A stretch of 64,000 bases of DNA from Hyphomicrobiaceae bacterium (GTDB taxonomy: Bacteria; Pseudomonadota; Alphaproteobacteria; Rhizobiales; Hyphomicrobiaceae), in NCBI GenBank assembly GCA_046154645.1, contig JBJXDZ010000047.1, forward strand, positions 3,269 through 67,268, written 5' to 3'. Below the pieces are notes generated by a model. That model searched no databases. It was given only the letters and a program-made list of their open reading frames with translations, and was not told the DNA's origin. The position numbers and the translations under genes were made by a program. Below are positions 45,964 to 56,700 of this stretch, piece by piece; position 1 is the first letter of the stretch, and each line of letters begins with the position of its first letter.

Positions 45964-48174
45964 TCAGGCTCTGAGCTTCTGGTTCTTCAATGGAAGTGCG
46001 CGCACCGGTCGTCCCGTCGCGGCGTGGATCGCGTTCATGACGGCTGGCGCCACGACGCAGATCGTCGGCTCGCCAACACCGCCCCAGAAGCCGCCGGAGG
46101 GCACCAGCACGGTTTCCACTTTCGGCATTTCAGCGAGCCGCAGCATTTCCTGCGTATCGAAGTTCTGCTCGACGATGCGACCATCCTTGACCGAGCTCTC
46201 GCCATAAAGCGTGGCGCCGAGACCAAATGCAACCGAGCCCTCGACCTGCGCCTCGACCTGATCCGGGTTGACCACGTGACCGCTGTCGAGCGCGAACACC
46301 AAGCGGTGCACCTTGAGCTTGCCGCGCTCACTGACCGAGACCTCGGCGACGGCGGCGGAATAGCTGCCATAACCCTTGAACTGCGCAATACCGCGATGCA
46401 CGCCGGCCGGCAGCGGCTTGCCCCAGCCGGCTTTCTCGGCCACCGCATTCAACACGGCCAGATGCTTCGGGTGCTTGCCCATGAGGACACGGCGGAACTC
46501 CAGCGGGTCCTTGCCCGCTGCCTTGGCCGCCTCATCGATGAAGCACTCGAGATAGACCGCGTTCTGGTTGGTGTTGACGCCGCGCCAAGGGCCGACCGGC
46601 ACGTGCGTGTTGCGCATGGCGTATTCGATGGCGAGGTTCGGCACGGTATAGCCGATGTAGGCATCGCTCGGCTGCGCGGTCAGTCCTTGCAGCTGGCGCG
46701 TGTCCTTGCCGTCCTTGATCACCGACGGGTTCGAGAACGCATTGATCGACTGTCCGGAAATGCGCATCGACAGCGCCGTCAGATTGCCCGCAGCATCGAG
46801 ACCGGCTTCCATCCGGCACTGGGAAATCGGCCGGTAGAAGTCCTGGCCCATGTCCTCTTCGCGGCTCCAGATCAGCTTGATCGGCACACCGGGGATCTGT
46901 TTGGCGATGCTGGTCGCCTGGCGCACGTAATCCTGGGTGCCGCCACGCCGGCCGAAGCCGCCGCCGAGATCGTGCTTGTAGACCTCGCACTTCTCGAGCG
47001 GGAGACCGGCAACCTCGGCCAGGGCTGCCAGCGAGGCTTCACCGTTCTGCGTCGGCACCCACACCTCCGCCTTGTCGGCGGTGACGCGGGCGACACAGTT
47101 CATCGGCTCCATGCAGATATGCGCCAGGAACGGCGTCGCATAGACGGCCTCGACCTTCTTCGCCGCCCCCGCGAGCGCTGCCGCCACATCGCCGTTCTTG
47201 TTGCTGGCATAGTCGCCCGGTGCGGTCAGGCCTTCGGCGAGAAAGGCCGCGATGGTGGCGCTTGACGCTTTCGCGTGCGGGCCCTCGTCCCACACGATCG
47301 GCAGCGCATCGAGCGCTTTCTTGGCCTGCCACCAGGTATCGGCGACCACGGCGAGCGTGCGCTCGTTGACCTTCACCACGTGCCGCACGCCGGGCATGCC
47401 CTTGATCTTCGTCTCGTCATAGCTGGTCAGCGTGCCACCAAACACCGGACAGGCGCGAATGGCGGCGTTGAGCAGGCCCGGCAACTTGACGTCGATGGCA
47501 TAGACCTTGCGGCCATCGAGCTTCTCGGCTGTGTCCAGGCGCTTCAGCGGCTTGCCCGCGATCTTCCAGGACTTGGGATCCTTGAGCTGAATGGTCTTGA
47601 GATCGGGCACCGGTAGCTTGGCTGCCGCCGCCGCGATCTTGCCGTAGGTGATCTGCCGCTTCGATGCCGCATGCCGGATGACACCCTTGTCCACGGTCAG
47701 CTCGGCTACCGGCACCTTCCACTCCGCGGCGGCGGCCTGCAGCAGCATGGTGCGTGCGGCGGCACCACCTTGGCGCACGTATTGCTCGGAGGTACGGATG
47801 CCGCGGCTGCCGCCGGTGCCGAACTCGCCCCAGACACGTTTGCGCGCCAGACTCTGGCCGGGTGTCGGCATCTCGGTGCGCACGTACTTCCAATCGCACT
47901 CGAGTTCCTCCGCAACCAGCTGGGCGAGCCCCGTGAGCGTGCCCTGCCCCATCTCGGAGCGCACCACGCGCACAATCACCTCCTCGTTGGGCATGATGAC
48001 CACCCAGGCGCCGATCTCGTCGGGCTTGGTTGCCAGCGCCTTTGCCGGCACAGCCTTCTGGGCCAAAGCCCGCGGCACATCGGTGAGCGGCACGCCGACG
48101 GCGAGACCGCTACCGGTCGCCGCCGCGCCGAGCAGAAGACGGCGGCGCGATACGGATTGTTTGCTGCTGGTCAT
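45964..48174 (-). CDS. molybdopterin-binding subunit of an aldehyde oxidase/xanthine dehydrogenase-family enzyme (IorB-like)
   Basis: Tat signal SRRRLLLGAAATGSGLAV. 736 aa. Sits directly downstream of a 2Fe-2S subunit gene. Confidence 0.9.
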   Translation of the reverse strand: MTSSKQSVSRRRLLLGAAATGSGLAVGVPLTDVPRALAQKAVPAKALATKPDEIGAWVVIMPNEEVIVRVVRSEMGQGTLTGLAQLVAEELECDWKYVRTEMPTPGQSLARKRVWGEFGTGGSRGIRTSEQYVRQGGAAARTMLLQAAAAEWKVPVAELTVDKGVIRHAASKRQITYGKIAAAAAKLPVPDLKTIQLKDPKSWKIAGKPLKRLDTAEKLDGRKVYAIDVKLPGLLNAAIRACPVFGGTLTSYDETKIKGMPGVRHVVKVNERTLAVVADTWWQAKKALDALPIVWDEGPHAKASSATIAAFLAEGLTAPGDYASNKNGDVAAALAGAAKKVEAVYATPFLAHICMEPMNCVARVTADKAEVWVPTQNGEASLAALAEVAGLPLEKCEVYKHDLGGGFGRRGGTQDYVRQATSIAKQIPGVPIKLIWSREEDMGQDFYRPISQCRMEAGLDAAGNLTALSMRISGQSINAFSNPSVIKDGKDTRQLQGLTAQPSDAYIGYTVPNLAIEYAMRNTHVPVGPWRGVNTNQNAVYLECFIDEAAKAAGKDPLEFRRVLMGKHPKHLAVLNAVAEKAGWGKPLPAGVHRGIAQFKGYGSYSAAVAEVSVSERGKLKVHRLVFALDSGHVVNPDQVEAQVEGSVAFGLGATLYGESSVKDGRIVEQNFDTQEMLRLAEMPKVETVLVPSGGFWGGVGEPTICVVAPAVMNAIHAATGRPVRALPLKNQKLRA

Positions 48175-48186
48175 GGCTGCCGCTCC

Positions 48187-48666
48187 TCAGGTCTTTTTCT
48201 TCGCACCGGTCCCGGCAATGTCGCCGGCGGCCATGTGGATGGCAGCGCGAATGCGCTGATAGGTGCCGCAGCGGCAGATGTTGGTCATGGCCTCGTCGAT
48301 ATCGGCATCCGTCGGTTTTGGCTTCTTCTTGAGCAGAGCTGCCGCCGCCATCAACTGGCCCGACTGGCAATAACCACATTGGGGAACGTCGAGAGCAGCC
48401 CAGGCCTTCTGCACGGCGTGCGTGGCCTTCGGCGCGAGACCCTCGATGGTGACGATCTTGTCGGTCGGCTTGAGCGAGCCAACCGGAATCGAGCATGAGC
48501 GCTGCACTTCGCCATTGATGTGCACCGAGCAGGCGCCACATTGCGCGACACCACAGCCATACTTGGTGCCGGTGAGCCCGGCCTGTTCGCGTAGCGCCCA
48601 CAGCAAGGGCGTATCGGCATCGACCTTGAGATCGAGTGCCCGACCGTTGACGTTCAGCTTTGCCAT
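48187..48666 (-). CDS. (2Fe-2S)-binding subunit (IorA-like)
   Basis: Contains CGVAQCGACSV and QCGYCQSGQ. Confidence 0.9.
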   Translation of the reverse strand: MAKLNVNGRALDLKVDADTPLLWALREQAGLTGTKYGCGVAQCGACSVHINGEVQRSCSIPVGSLKPTDKIVTIEGLAPKATHAVQKAWAALDVPQCGYCQSGQLMAAAALLKKKPKPTDADIDEAMTNICRCGTYQRIRAAIHMAAGDIAGTGAKKKT

Positions 48667-48804
48667 GCGGCGCCTCCTCGAAATTGTCAGCTATGTGATC
48701 GCTTGGACCCGAGCATAGCCCGATTGCGAGCGAACTGCATACAGGCTCAGGGGAGCTTGCTGCGGGGACGGCAGTCGGTCGTCGTCAAGGCGCTCGCCGT
48801 AAGG

Positions 48805-49458
48805 TCAAGGCTTCCACTGCAGGAAATTGGCGATCAGTCCAAGGCCCAGTTTCTGGCTCTTCTCGGGATGGAACTGGGTGCCGGCGATGTTGTCGCGTCC
48901 GACCAGGGCCGTGACCGGCCCACCATGCTCGGTCTCGGCGATGATGTCGTCACGATCCTTCGCCGCCAGATGATAGGAATGCACGAAATACGCGTGCAGA
49001 CCTGCCGGACCGGTGGCGAGGTCCTTGAGCAAGGCATGCGGGCGCGCCACGGTCAGCGTGTTCCAGCCCATATGCGGAATCTTCAGCGCCGGGTCCGTCG
49101 GGGCGAGCACGCGCACCTCGCCGCCGATCCAGTCGAGGCCATCCGTCGTCACATGCTCGAGGCCGCGTGTGGCAAGCAATTGCATGCCAACGCAGATGCC
49201 GAGGAACGGGCGGCCCTGCTGGCGCACCGCCGTTTCGAGTGCCCCACGCATTCCGGGCACGGCATCGAGCCCCCGCTTGCAGTCGGCGAAGGCTCCGACG
49301 CCCGGCAGCACGATACGGTCGGCGGCAAGCACTTCGGTGGGGCTCGCCGTGACACTGATGGTCGCATTCGCCGCACACTCGCGCGCCGCCCGCTCGAAGG
49401 CTTTGGCGGCAGAGTGCAGATTGCCGGAGCCATAGTCGATGATGACGACGCGCTGCAT
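48805..49458 (-). CDS. hisH: imidazole glycerol phosphate synthase, glutamine amidotransferase subunit
   Basis: Contains [22 protein letters not shown] and FVHSY. Confidence 0.95.
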   Translation of the reverse strand: MQRVVIIDYGSGNLHSAAKAFERAARECAANATISVTASPTEVLAADRIVLPGVGAFADCKRGLDAVPGMRGALETAVRQQGRPFLGICVGMQLLATRGLEHVTTDGLDWIGGEVRVLAPTDPALKIPHMGWNTLTVARPHALLKDLATGPAGLHAYFVHSYHLAAKDRDDIIAETEHGGPVTALVGRDNIAGTQFHPEKSQKLGLGLIANFLQWKP

Positions 49459-49572
49459 TCTCTCTGGCCCTTCAGTTGCCCAGTACCAACCGGGCGGCAT
49501 TCTCTGGTCCGTCTGTTGACTGTCGCTCTTTACGCCTTCGGATGCCCACTGCGCGTCCGGCGCGTGCGTGCG

Positions 49573-50091
49573 CTATCGCAACCCACCCAGAATGCGCGGC
49601 GTGCGCCAACCCTTCGGACGCTGCGCTTCGGGGCGCGTCATGGGGCCAGACGTGCCATCGCCAGCAATGGAACTGCCGCTCAGTGCGCTCGCCCGGATTG
49701 CCGGAATGCCGGGCAGCCAAGTCTCGAAGAACCGCCGCTCGCAATCCTCGGCGTTGCGGCCGTTGACCGAGCCGATCATGCTCCAGCCATGCCGTGCCAA
49801 CGTCCAGCGCTTGATGCTGTCGGCCTCGAAGCCGACGATCAGATGCAGCGCGCCCATCAGGATGGCAGCCGGTCGCTGGCCAAGGCCCAGGGCCCAGAAT
49901 GCCACCTCGATCAAGGCAAGGGCCGAGAGATAGAACACCAGCGCCAGCCACAACTTGTTGACCAGCATCCAGAACGGCGTGAACGCCGCGGCCCAGATCG
50001 AAAAGCCATCCTTGACGAAGGCCAAGCTGTCGGCCCGGTCGAGACGATCGGCGGGCGTATCGGGTGGCTCATGCACAGTGTAGGTGATCAT
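49573..50091 (-). CDS. DUF2628 domain-containing membrane protein
   Basis: Begins MITYTVHEPPDTPADRLDRADSLAFVKDGFSIWAAAFTPFWMLVNKLW. It occupies the usual slot between hisB and hisH. Confidence 0.8.
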   Translation of the reverse strand: MITYTVHEPPDTPADRLDRADSLAFVKDGFSIWAAAFTPFWMLVNKLWLALVFYLSALALIEVAFWALGLGQRPAAILMGALHLIVGFEADSIKRWTLARHGWSMIGSVNGRNAEDCERRFFETWLPGIPAIRASALSGSSIAGDGTSGPMTRPEAQRPKGWRTPRILGGLR

Positions 50092-50144
50092 GGTGACGTG
50101 CTCTCTTGCTTGCGTCTTCGGATGCCCATTACGCATCCGGCGCG

Positions 50145-50759
50145 TCAACCCGTCAAAGTCCCCTTGGTCGAGGGTACCCGGCCGGCTTGGCGTGGATCGG
50201 GCGTGATGGCTTGGCGCAGCGCCCGGGCCAGACCTTTGTAGCAGGTCTCGGCGATGTGGTGATTGTTCTCGCCGTAGAGATTAGCGACGTGCAGCGTGAT
50301 GCCGGCGTTCTGCGCGAAGGCCTGGAACCATTCGCGAAACAGTTCCGTATCCATCTCACCAAGCTTCGGTCGCGTGAACGTGACGTTCCAGATCAGATAC
50401 GGCCGCCCCGAAACATCGATCGCCACCCGGGTCAGGCATTCGTCCATCGGCAGCTCGACAGAGGCATAACGGGTGATCCCGACCCGGTCACCCAGCGCCT
50501 TCGCCACGGCTTGGCCCAGCACGATGCCGGCATCCTCGGCGGTGTGGTGGTAGTCGATATGCAGGTCACCCTTGGCTTCCAGCGTGATGTCGATCAGCGC
50601 ATGGCGGGCGAGTTGCTCCAGCATGTGGTCGAGAAAGCCGATGCCGGTCGAGATCTTGTAGGCGCCGCTGCCGTCGAGGTCGACGGTGGCCGTAATCGCC
50701 GTCTCCTTGGTCGTGCGCGCAATCGTTGCCGTGCGGGTCAAAGGGGCCTCACCTGCCAT
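50145..50759 (-). CDS. hisB: imidazoleglycerol-phosphate dehydratase
   Basis: Contains [26 protein letters not shown] and NNHHIAET. Confidence 0.95.
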   Translation of the reverse strand: MAGEAPLTRTATIARTTKETAITATVDLDGSGAYKISTGIGFLDHMLEQLARHALIDITLEAKGDLHIDYHHTAEDAGIVLGQAVAKALGDRVGITRYASVELPMDECLTRVAIDVSGRPYLIWNVTFTRPKLGEMDTELFREWFQAFAQNAGITLHVANLYGENNHHIAETCYKGLARALRQAITPDPRQAGRVPSTKGTLTG

Positions 50760-50828
50760 GCTCTGCTGAGACCTGAGCCTCTAGCAGTTTGCTGGCTGCG
50801 GCGCCAGTTCCGGACGTCCCCCGCGCGC

Positions 50829-51443
50829 TCAGTTCCGTTTTGGTTGCGCGCCGGCCTTCTCGGCCAACAGCAGTTCTTGCCGGAAGCGCTCCCACGGAAA
50901 GAGCGGTCCCGGATCCTGCTTGCGGCGGGCCTGCTGCCCCCCACACGCGAACGTGGACTTGTCGACGTCCTCGTGGCCCTTGATCTCGGACAGCGGGATG
51001 CGCCACCGGCCCTGCACGCCGCGAATGACCTTGATCAGGGCTTCGATCTGCTCTCTCGTGTAGGGCTCACGGCCATCGCCGGCATTAATCAATTCGATGC
51101 CGATGGCCCGATCATTATGACCGACGGTGTGAATTGCCACCTCGTCCTCGGGTACGCTTTTGGCCACCTCGCCGTCCCGCCCGATGATGTAATGGATCGA
51201 CACCTGCCCGCTGGCTTCAAAGAACCGCTTCATGGTTGCGACAGTGCCGGCGGGCGAGAACACCACTTTGCCGCCCTTGCAGAACGGCCCGCCGGTGGCG
51301 TGCACGATGATCTCGGTCACCTTGTCTCGCTTGGCGCCACGCCCTCGGGCTTCGGCATCGGTGGCAATCGTTGCAGCGGCGACAAGACCAACAATGGTCA
51401 GGGCCGCCACACCCTGAGTTCTGAGCTTCGACATTGAACGCAT
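50829..51443 (-). CDS. N-acetylmuramoyl-L-alanine amidase (Amidase_2/PGRP fold), exported
   Basis: Signal-like MRSMSKLRTQGVAALTIVGLVAAATIATDAEA. Contains IIVHATGG, IHYIIGRDG and HNDRAIGIEL. Confidence 0.8.
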   Translation of the reverse strand: MRSMSKLRTQGVAALTIVGLVAAATIATDAEARGRGAKRDKVTEIIVHATGGPFCKGGKVVFSPAGTVATMKRFFEASGQVSIHYIIGRDGEVAKSVPEDEVAIHTVGHNDRAIGIELINAGDGREPYTREQIEALIKVIRGVQGRWRIPLSEIKGHEDVDKSTFACGGQQARRKQDPGPLFPWERFRQELLLAEKAGAQPKRN

Positions 51444-51539
51444 GACTCCCGGCGACAGCCCAAGGTCACGTCTAGCGTTGGATTTCGTCGCCAATGGGTG
51501 CCAATCAGGGAGAAACCGCGGCACACTGCGGCCTGCTCG

Positions 51540-51866
51540 TCACACGGGTTGTGCCGTTACCTCGCTGATCCAAGCGAGGAATTCGTTCGAACCGCCCGCC
51601 ACCGGCAGCACGACGAAGGCTGGATTGGTATAGGGGTGCAGCACTTTCGCCGCCGCAATGGCCGACGGGGCGAGCAGCGCTGTGGTTTTCAGGATCATCA
51701 CCGTTTCATGGTCCCGCGACAGCTTGCCCTCCCACACGTAGAGCGCCGTCATGCCCGGCAGAATGTTCGCGCAGGCAATCAGACGGCGCGCGAGGAGGTC
51801 ACCGGCAATGGCTTCGGCTACCGCAGGTGAAGGACAAGTTGCATAGATCACAACGACTTCGCTCAT
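51540..51866 (-). CDS. cutA: divalent-cation tolerance protein CutA
   Basis: Begins MSEVVVIYATCPSPAVAEAIAGDLLARRLIACANI, then ALYVWEGK. 108 aa. Confidence 0.85.
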   Translation of the reverse strand: MSEVVVIYATCPSPAVAEAIAGDLLARRLIACANILPGMTALYVWEGKLSRDHETVMILKTTALLAPSAIAAAKVLHPYTNPAFVVLPVAGGSNEFLAWISEVTAQPV

Positions 51867-51967
51867 GATGCCGTGAACTCCGGGCTTGCTGTTGCGCTGC
51901 ACATGGGCGAGCTTCCAAGCCGCCGCGCGGGATCCCCGGCGGCCCAACAGACCGGCGGACCGCAAGC

Positions 51968-52750
51968 ATGGCAAAAAAGCGCACCACGTTCGAGCGGATC
52001 GCCTTCGTCGGCAGCGACTCGATCGAGGCCCAGGCCGCCTTGACACGGCTTTCCGCCCTCTACGGCAATGCCGATCCCAAGACGGCCGACGCCATTGTGG
52101 CGCTCGGTGGCGACGGCCTGATGCTGCAGACCTTGCACCGCTTCATGCACGACCGCATCCCGATCTACGGCATGAACCGTGGCTCGATCGGCTTTCTGAT
52201 GAACGTTTATCGCGAGGATGATCTGGTCGGCCGCCTGGCCCGGGCGGAGACCACGCGCATTCATCCCCTGGCCATGACGGCGACCGACAAGACCGGTGCC
52301 CAGCATCAGGCCTTGGCCATCAACGAGGTATCCGTATTCCGCGAGACCTACCAGGCGGCCAAGCTGCGCATCACGGTCGACGGCCAGGAGCGACTCGACG
52401 AGATGATATGTGATGGCGTGCTGGTAGCGACGCCGGCTGGTTCGACAGCTTACAACCTGTCCGCGCACGGCCCCATCCTGCCGATCACGGCCCGGTTGCT
52501 GGCGCTGACGCCGATCAGCCCGTTTCGTCCCCGACGGTGGCGGGGTGCGCTGCTGCCCGACACGGCCACGATCAGCATCGAGGTGCGGGAATCCGACAAG
52601 CGGCCGGTCAGCGCCGTCGCCGACCATGCCGAAACGCGTTCGGTGACCCACGTCCAGATTGCTTCGGCCCGACATATCGAGCTCTTGATGATGTTCGATT
52701 CCGATCACGGCCTCGCCGAGCGCATCCTCTCGGAGCAATTCCGCTACTGA
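51968..52750 (+). CDS. nadK: NAD kinase
   Basis: Contains the GGDGLML motif and [13 protein letters not shown]. Confidence 0.9.
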   Translation: MAKKRTTFERIAFVGSDSIEAQAALTRLSALYGNADPKTADAIVALGGDGLMLQTLHRFMHDRIPIYGMNRGSIGFLMNVYREDDLVGRLARAETTRIHPLAMTATDKTGAQHQALAINEVSVFRETYQAAKLRITVDGQERLDEMICDGVLVATPAGSTAYNLSAHGPILPITARLLALTPISPFRPRRWRGALLPDTATISIEVRESDKRPVSAVADHAETRSVTHVQIASARHIELLMMFDSDHGLAERILSEQFRY

Positions 52751-52863
52751 GGCCCTCGTGCCACCATCCGGGACCTGCGACCTTGGCCGCGTTGCCAGGG
52801 CCAGAGCCGGGCGCTAAGAGCGAGCAGGCGGTGGATTCGGACGCCAGTGTCCCCTGGAGCGCC

Positions 52864-53730
52864 ATGACGAGCCCGGTCATCGACAACTACTTCGTGTGCA
52901 TCGGGGCACAGAAGTCCGGCACGACTTGGCTCGCCCGCATGCTGGCGACGCATCCCGATCTGTTCGTGACGCCGGTCAAGGAGATCCACTATTTCGACCA
53001 CGTCGCCGGCATCACGGAGCATCTGAGCCCCAAGAAGCGCCGCTCGCGCTATCGCAAGTACCACCAGCGTATGTGGACGCAATGGAACCAGTTCACCGAA
53101 CACCGCAGCCAGTGGGCCTGGTATCGCCACTATATGGGCAACCCCATCGACGACGCCTGGTATGCGGGGCTGTTCCATCATCGCGGCCCGAAGCGCTTTG
53201 CCGGCGAGATCACGCCTGAGTATGCCATTCTCGGCCGCAAGGGGCTCGCGCACATCAAGCGGCTCTCGCCGGATGCCCGCGTCATGTTCATCATGCGCAA
53301 TCCCGTGGAACGGACCTGGAGCCAGGTGTTGCACCAGTGCCGGGTGCGCGGCCTCGATGCCACTCGACAGTCGACGGACGCGCTCATGACCATGCTGGCC
53401 GAGCCGCGCTTCGGCGAGCTTGGCGACTATGCCATGACCCTCGACGACATGGCCGCCGTATTCCGGCCCGACCAGGTCCTGCCGTTGTTCTACGAGGAGA
53501 TGCACGAGGATCGGCTGAAATCACTGCAACAGGTGTGCAAGTTCATCGGGGCCGGTTTCAGCCCCGACTATTTTTCTGAGCTCGGCCGTCGCTTCAATCG
53601 CAGCCAGGAGGCCGCCCTCCCCGAGGCTGTGCGCGAGCAACTGCGCCAAGCCTACCGCCCGCAGGCCGAGGCTGTGCGCCAGCGTCTGGGCCGCCTGCCG
53701 GCCGCCTGGCGCAAGGAGTTCGGACTCTGA
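52864..53730 (+). CDS. sulfotransferase family protein
   Basis: ATG at 52864. PAPS 5'-phosphosulfate-binding loop IGAQKSGTTWL. Contains the RNPVERTWS (3'-PB-like) motif. Confidence 0.8.
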   Translation: MTSPVIDNYFVCIGAQKSGTTWLARMLATHPDLFVTPVKEIHYFDHVAGITEHLSPKKRRSRYRKYHQRMWTQWNQFTEHRSQWAWYRHYMGNPIDDAWYAGLFHHRGPKRFAGEITPEYAILGRKGLAHIKRLSPDARVMFIMRNPVERTWSQVLHQCRVRGLDATRQSTDALMTMLAEPRFGELGDYAMTLDDMAAVFRPDQVLPLFYEEMHEDRLKSLQQVCKFIGAGFSPDYFSELGRRFNRSQEAALPEAVREQLRQAYRPQAEAVRQRLGRLPAAWRKEFGL

Positions 53731-53737
53731 GCCGACC

Positions 53738-56700
53738 TCAGGCTGCGTCCGCAAGGCGGGCCAATTCCGCAACAAGCCCGCGAGCGCCTTTGAGGCGGGC
53801 GTTGGCGCTGTCCCATTCGGCGCGGAAGACCAGCTTCATGTCCGGCTGCACCTTCACCATGCCTTTCGAGGCCGCGATCATTTTCACCAGGCCATCGGGA
53901 TTGGTGAACTGCCCCTTGCGGAACACGATCGAGGCGCCGCGCGGCCCGGCATCCAGCGATGCCACGCTAGCTCGACGGCACAGCGCCTTGATCTCGACCA
54001 CGTCGAGCAGATGCTCGACCTCCGGCGGCAACATGCCGAAGCGATCGACCAACTCGGCGCCGAAATTGTCGATTTCCTCGCGCGTCTTGAGGTTCGACAA
54101 GCGGCGGTAAAGACCGAGCCGCACCTGCAAATCGGCAATATAGCTCTCGGGCAACAGCACGGGCGTGCCGAGCTGGATCTGCGGGCTCCACTGCTCGTTG
54201 GCAGCCTCGAGATCGCCGCCCTTGAGCGAAGCGATCGTCTCCTCCAGCATCGACTGGTACAGCTCGAAACCGACCTCGCGGATGTGCCCGGACTGCTCGT
54301 CGCCGAGCAGATTGCCGGCGCCGCGAATGTCGAGATCGTGGCTGGCCAGCGAGAACCCAGCGCCGAGGGTATCGAGGGATTGCAGCACCTTCAGGCGTTT
54401 TTCGGCGCCTTCCGTGAGCTTTTGGCCGACCGGCGTCGTAAAATAGGCATATGCACGAATCTTCGAGCGGCCAACGCGGCCACGCAGCTGATAGAGCTGT
54501 GCCAAGCCGAACATGTCGGCGCGGTGCACGATCAACGTGTTGGCGTTGGGAATGTCGAGGCCGGATTCGACGATCGCGGTCGACAGCAGCACATCATACT
54601 GGCCCTCATAGAAGGCGGTCATGACGTCCTCAAGTTCCGTCGGCGCCAGCTGGCCATGCGCGCGGGCAACCTTGAGTTCCGGCGTGTGCTCGGCCAGGAA
54701 CTCCCCGACATCGTCGAGATCGGCGATGCGGGGCACCACATAGAACGTTTGCCCGCCCCGATGGCGCTCGCGGCGCAAGGCTTCGCGCAGGATCACGGGA
54801 TCGAGGGGCGAAATGTAGGTGCGCACGGCGAGGCGATCGACGGGCGGCGTGGTGATCAGCGAGAGTTCGCGCACGCCACTCAGCGCCAACTGCAGCGTGC
54901 GCGGAATTGGCGTCGCCGTCAGCGTGAGGACGTGCACCTCTTCCTTCAGCTGCTTCAGGCGCTCCTTGTGACCGACGCCGAAATGCTGCTCCTCGTCGAT
55001 GATCAGCAGGCCGAGCCGGGCGAAATCAACCGTCTTGCTCAACAGCGCATGCGTGCCGACGACGATATCGATGGTGCCGTCCTTCATACCGGTCTTGACC
55101 TCAGCCAGCTCCTTCGTCGGCACCATGCGCGAGGCGCGACCCAAGCGCAGTGGCAAGCCCTGGAAGCGGGTCGAAAACGTCTTGTAATGCTGCCGCGCCA
55201 GCAAGGTGGTCGGCACGACGACTGCGACCTGCAAGCCTGCCATGGCGGCGATGAACGCGGCGCGCAACGCCACCTCGGTCTTGCCGAAACCGACGTCGCC
55301 GCAGACGAGACGGTCCATCGGGCGGCCTGAACCCAGATCCTCGATGACGGCATCGATGGAGCTGGCCTGATCCTCCGTTGCCTCATAGGGAAAGCGCGCC
55401 ACGAACTCGTCGAAAGCCCCAGCTGGTGGGGCAAGGATGGGCGCTTCACGCAACTGCCGCAGCGCCGCGATCTTGATCAACTCGCCCGCAATCTCGCGCA
55501 GGCGCTTCTTGAGGCGTGACTTGCGGCCCTGCCAGGCGAGGCTGCCCAGTCGATCCAACTCCGCAGTGGTCTCGTCCGAGCCATAGCGCGAGAGCAGATC
55601 GATATTCTCGACCGGAAGATAGAGCTTGTCGCCGCCGTGATAGTGCAGCTCCAGGCAATCGTGCGGTTCGCCGAGCGCCGTGATCGTTTGCAGGCCGACG
55701 AAGCGGCCGATACCGTGATCGGCGTGCACGACGAGATCGCCGACGGAGAGCGAGGTGGCCTCCGTAATGACATCGGCGGCGCGGCGCGATTTGCGGCGCG
55801 GGCGCACGAGCCGGTCGCCGAGAATGTCCTGCTCGCCGATGACGGCAAGATCCGGCGTTTCGAAACCTTCCTCGAGGCCCAGCACAGCCAGCATCGGTGT
55901 CGTCGCCGGAATGGTCAGTGCCTCGTCATAGCTCTCGATGCGCCGCAAATCAGCGAGGCCATGCTCGGTGAGCAATGTGGTCAAGCGTTCGCGCGCGCCA
56001 ATGGTCCAGGCGGCGACGATGACGCGTTTGCCTTGACCCATCAATTGCTTGATGCGGGCGACGACAGCGCCGAAGAGATCGCCGCCTTCAGCCGTGCGCT
56101 CCGTCGCGAAATTGCCGCCGCTGCGGCCGCGGAATGCCCGCACCGATGCGCCCGGTGAGGCATCATCACCCTGATCGAACGGCGTGAGTAACCGCCATTC
56201 GCGCGCGTTGAGCAGGCGTTGCCATTCGCCCTCCGAGATGTAGAGGCGCTCGGGCGGCAACGGCTTGTACGGCGGCGCACCGAACTTGGTCGCCTCCAGC
56301 GCATCGACGCGGGCCTCGTAATGCTCCTTGATCTGCATCAGGCGATCGGCGATGGCGCCACCGGCCATGTGATCGAGACTGACCGGCGCTTCGGGCAAAT
56401 AATCGAGCAGCGTCTCCATGCGGTCGTGGAACAATGGCAGCCAGTGCTCGACACCGGGATAGCGGTGCCCGGCGCTGACCGCCTCATAGAGGGGATCGCC
56501 CTCCTTGTTGGCGCCGAAAGCCGCAATGTAGGCCTGCCGGAAGCGGCTGGTGCCGTGCTCGCCGAAGGCCACCTCGCTCATTGGCGTCAGAAGCAGGCGC
56601 TGCACCACCTTGGCGGTGCGTTGCGTCTCGATGTCGAAGCTCTTGATGGCCTCGAGCGTATCGTCGAAGAAATCGAGGCGAACCGGGGTCTGCCGACCCG

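Noticed and set aside
50092-50148. Longer DUF2628 start at 50148, which overlaps the hisB stop as ATGA
   Set aside because: The extension ([19 protein letters not shown]) is basic and unlike the family N-terminus, which begins at M-x-x-YTVHEPP. I kept 50091, but coupling through 50148 cannot be excluded.
50829-51443. Amidase_2 protein as a prophage endolysin
   Set aside because: It has its own signal peptide. It sits between hisB and cutA, and there are no phage structural, holin or integrase genes anywhere in the window.
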